Shown: in pieces, positions 30,347 to 32,000 of the stretch
Numbering within the stretch: position 1 is the stretch's first letter
Layout: the number at the start of each line of letters is the position of its first letter
From: Desulfobulbus propionicus DSM 2032
GTDB lineage: Bacteria; Desulfobacterota; Desulfobulbia; Desulfobulbales; Desulfobulbaceae
DNA length: 32,000 bases
NCBI RefSeq assembly: GCF_000186885.1
Contig: NC_014972.1
Coordinates: forward strand, 3,180,001 to 3,212,000
Reading direction: 5' to 3'
Position numbers and translations under genes: made by a program
Notes under the pieces: model-generated
Seen by the model: the letters and a program-made list of their open reading frames with translations, nothing else
The model's database searches: none
What the model was told of the DNA's origin: nothing

Positions 30347-31990
30347 TCACACCAGTCCCTGATCAAGCATGGCATCGGCCACCTTGACAAAACCGGCAAT
30401 ATTCGCGCCGGCCAGATAGTCTCCTTCCAGGCCATAGGCCGCGGCCGCCTCCAGGCAGGTTCGATGAATGGTGTGCATGATGGCCCGCAGCCGGCCCTCC
30501 ACCTCTTCCCGCGACCAGCTGATGCGCATCGCATCCTGGGCCATCTCCAGGCCGGACACCGCCACACCGCCGGCATTGGCCGCCTTGGCCGGACCAAAGA
30601 GGATGCCCTGGTCGCGAAAAAAGGCGATGGCCTCAGGTGTTGAAGGCATGTTCGCCCCTTCGCAGACCAACCGCACACCAGCGGCGGCCAGATGTTGGGC
30701 ATCGGCAAGATTGAGCTCGTTCTGGGTTGCCGCCGGCAAAGCGCAATCAGCCGGGTACCGCCACAACGGGTTCCAACCCAGGGTTGGGTTCGCCGCCACG
30801 TAAAGGGCATGCGGATAGCGCTCGCTGTACTCCCCAATACGCCCCCGGTGGATGTTCTTCAGCGTCTTGATGAACTCCAGCTTGCTCGCATCGATGCCCT
30901 CTTCATCGTAGATATGGCCAGAGGAATCGGACAGGCTCAGCACCGTGCCCCCCATTTGCACAATTTTCTCGGCAACGAACTGGGCCACGTTGCCCGAGCC
31001 CGACACCAGGCACCGCTTGCCGGCCAAGGTCTCGCCCCGGTGGGCGAGCATGGCTGCGGTGAAATAGACCACCCCGTAGCCCGTGGCCTCGGGCCGGATC
31101 AGGCTGCCGCCCCATGCCAGCCCCTTGCCGGTCAGCACCCCGGTGAACTTGTTTTGCAATTTTTTATACATGCCGAACAGGTAGCCGATCTCTCGGGCCC
31201 CAACGCCGATATCGCCCGCCGGCACGTCGGTATCCTCGCCGATGTGGCGGAACAGTTCGGCCATGAAGGCCTGGCAGAAGCGCATGATCTCGGCATCGGA
31301 GCGCCCTTTGGGATCAAAATCAGCGCCCCCCTTGGCCCCGCCCATGGCCAGGGTGGTGAGGCTGTTCTTGAACACCTGTTCAAAGGCGAGAAATTTGATG
31401 ATCGACAGGTTGACCGAGGGGTGAAAGCGTAGGCCGCCCTTGTAAGGACCGATGGCCGAGTTCATTTCCACCCGGTAGCCACGGTTGACGTGAATCGCCC
31501 CTTGATCGTCCATCCAGGGCACGCGGAACATGATCATCCGCTCCGGCTCAACCAGCCGTTCCACCACGGCGTGCCGCCGGTACTCGGGATGACGATCAAG
31601 CACCGGCCTGATCGTCGCCAGCAATTCGCCGACCGCCTGGTGGAACTCCCGTTGTTCGGGATCGCGCCGCAGGATGGTGGCCAACACCTCGTCCACAGCT
31701 GGTTTCTGTTTCGCTTCCGCGGATCCGCGACCAATGGAGCTATCGGCGGTGCCAAGATCCCGGGGCGTGTTGACATTGCGCCACGAGGGACGCAGATGCT
31801 CCGGTGGCCGGGGGGTTGCTACGCCGGGCGCCGAGCGCAGTTGATTGATCCGTCGCTGGTTGCTTGCGGCCATCGCTTCCAGCAGCGGCCGGCAGGACTG
31901 GTCATAATAGGCCAAGAGCGGTTCGACCCGGCCATTCCCCGCCAGGTCCGGCATGACCGCGACCACCCCCGGCTGCCGGCAGTCGAGCAA
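30347..31990 (-). CDS. gdhA: Glutamate dehydrogenase (NADP-type, GdhA-like); N-terminus uncertain, may start at 31873 or further downstream, or extend past the window
   Basis: REFHQAVGELLATIRPVLDRHPEYR, IMFRVPWMDDQGAIHVNRGYRVEMNSAIGPYKGGLRFHPSVNLSIIKFLAFEQVFKNSLTTLAMGGAKGGADFDPKG, ATGYGVVYF. Confidence 0.9.
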   Translation of the reverse strand: MLDCRQPGVVAVMPDLAGNGRVEPLLAYYDQSCRPLLEAMAASNQRRINQLRSAPGVATPRPPEHLRPSWRNVNTPRDLGTADSSIGRGSAEAKQKPAVDEVLATILRRDPEQREFHQAVGELLATIRPVLDRHPEYRRHAVVERLVEPERMIMFRVPWMDDQGAIHVNRGYRVEMNSAIGPYKGGLRFHPSVNLSIIKFLAFEQVFKNSLTTLAMGGAKGGADFDPKGRSDAEIMRFCQAFMAELFRHIGEDTDVPAGDIGVGAREIGYLFGMYKKLQNKFTGVLTGKGLAWGGSLIRPEATGYGVVYFTAAMLAHRGETLAGKRCLVSGSGNVAQFVAEKIVQMGGTVLSLSDSSGHIYDEEGIDASKLEFIKTLKNIHRGRIGEYSERYPHALYVAANPTLGWNPLWRYPADCALPAATQNELNLADAQHLAAAGVRLVCEGANMPSTPEAIAFFRDQGILFGPAKAANAGGVAVSGLEMAQDAMRISWSREEVEGRLRAIMHTIHRTCLEAAAAYGLEGDYLAGANIAGFVKVADAMLDQGLV

Positions 31991-32000
31991 CCACTGCAGG

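Overview
This 32 kb window looks like an ordinary bacterial chromosome segment. The gene content suggests a Desulfobulbaceae-like deltaproteobacterium, which is an inference from protein style only. It is densely packed with housekeeping and metabolic genes: a partial FAD-binding subunit, an ABC-F ATPase, two radical SAM proteins, a trkA-trkH K+ uptake operon, a NUDIX hydrolase, malate dehydrogenase, a LysM protein, a split RluA-type pseudouridine synthase pair, a DUF2905-like protein, an EamA permease, an IS200/IS605-type transposase, a large exported protein of unknown function, a holA-like gene, clpS-clpA, a porin-like protein, a pgeF-like laccase-domain protein, an EEP nuclease, pcnB, a nitronate-monooxygenase-like protein, hisS, aspS, an arginyltransferase-like gene (bpt) and a gdhA-like gene. 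I found no CRISPR array, phage, toxin-antitoxin system or obvious defence island. The observations most worth checking are: (1) trkH is interrupted by a -1 frame change exactly at a canonical G GGT TTT slippery heptamer inside a G7 run; (2) an ~820-aa exported orphan protein has a C-terminal His...Cys arrangement (RGHS ... LGSCGG) reminiscent of caspase-like (clan CD) peptidases, with an IS200-like element directly upstream; (3) the transposase start region can fold into a hairpin that fully sequesters its Shine-Dalgarno; (4) a pseudouridine synthase is split into two ATGA-overlapping genes; (5) a radical SAM protein has CX4CX2C spacing.
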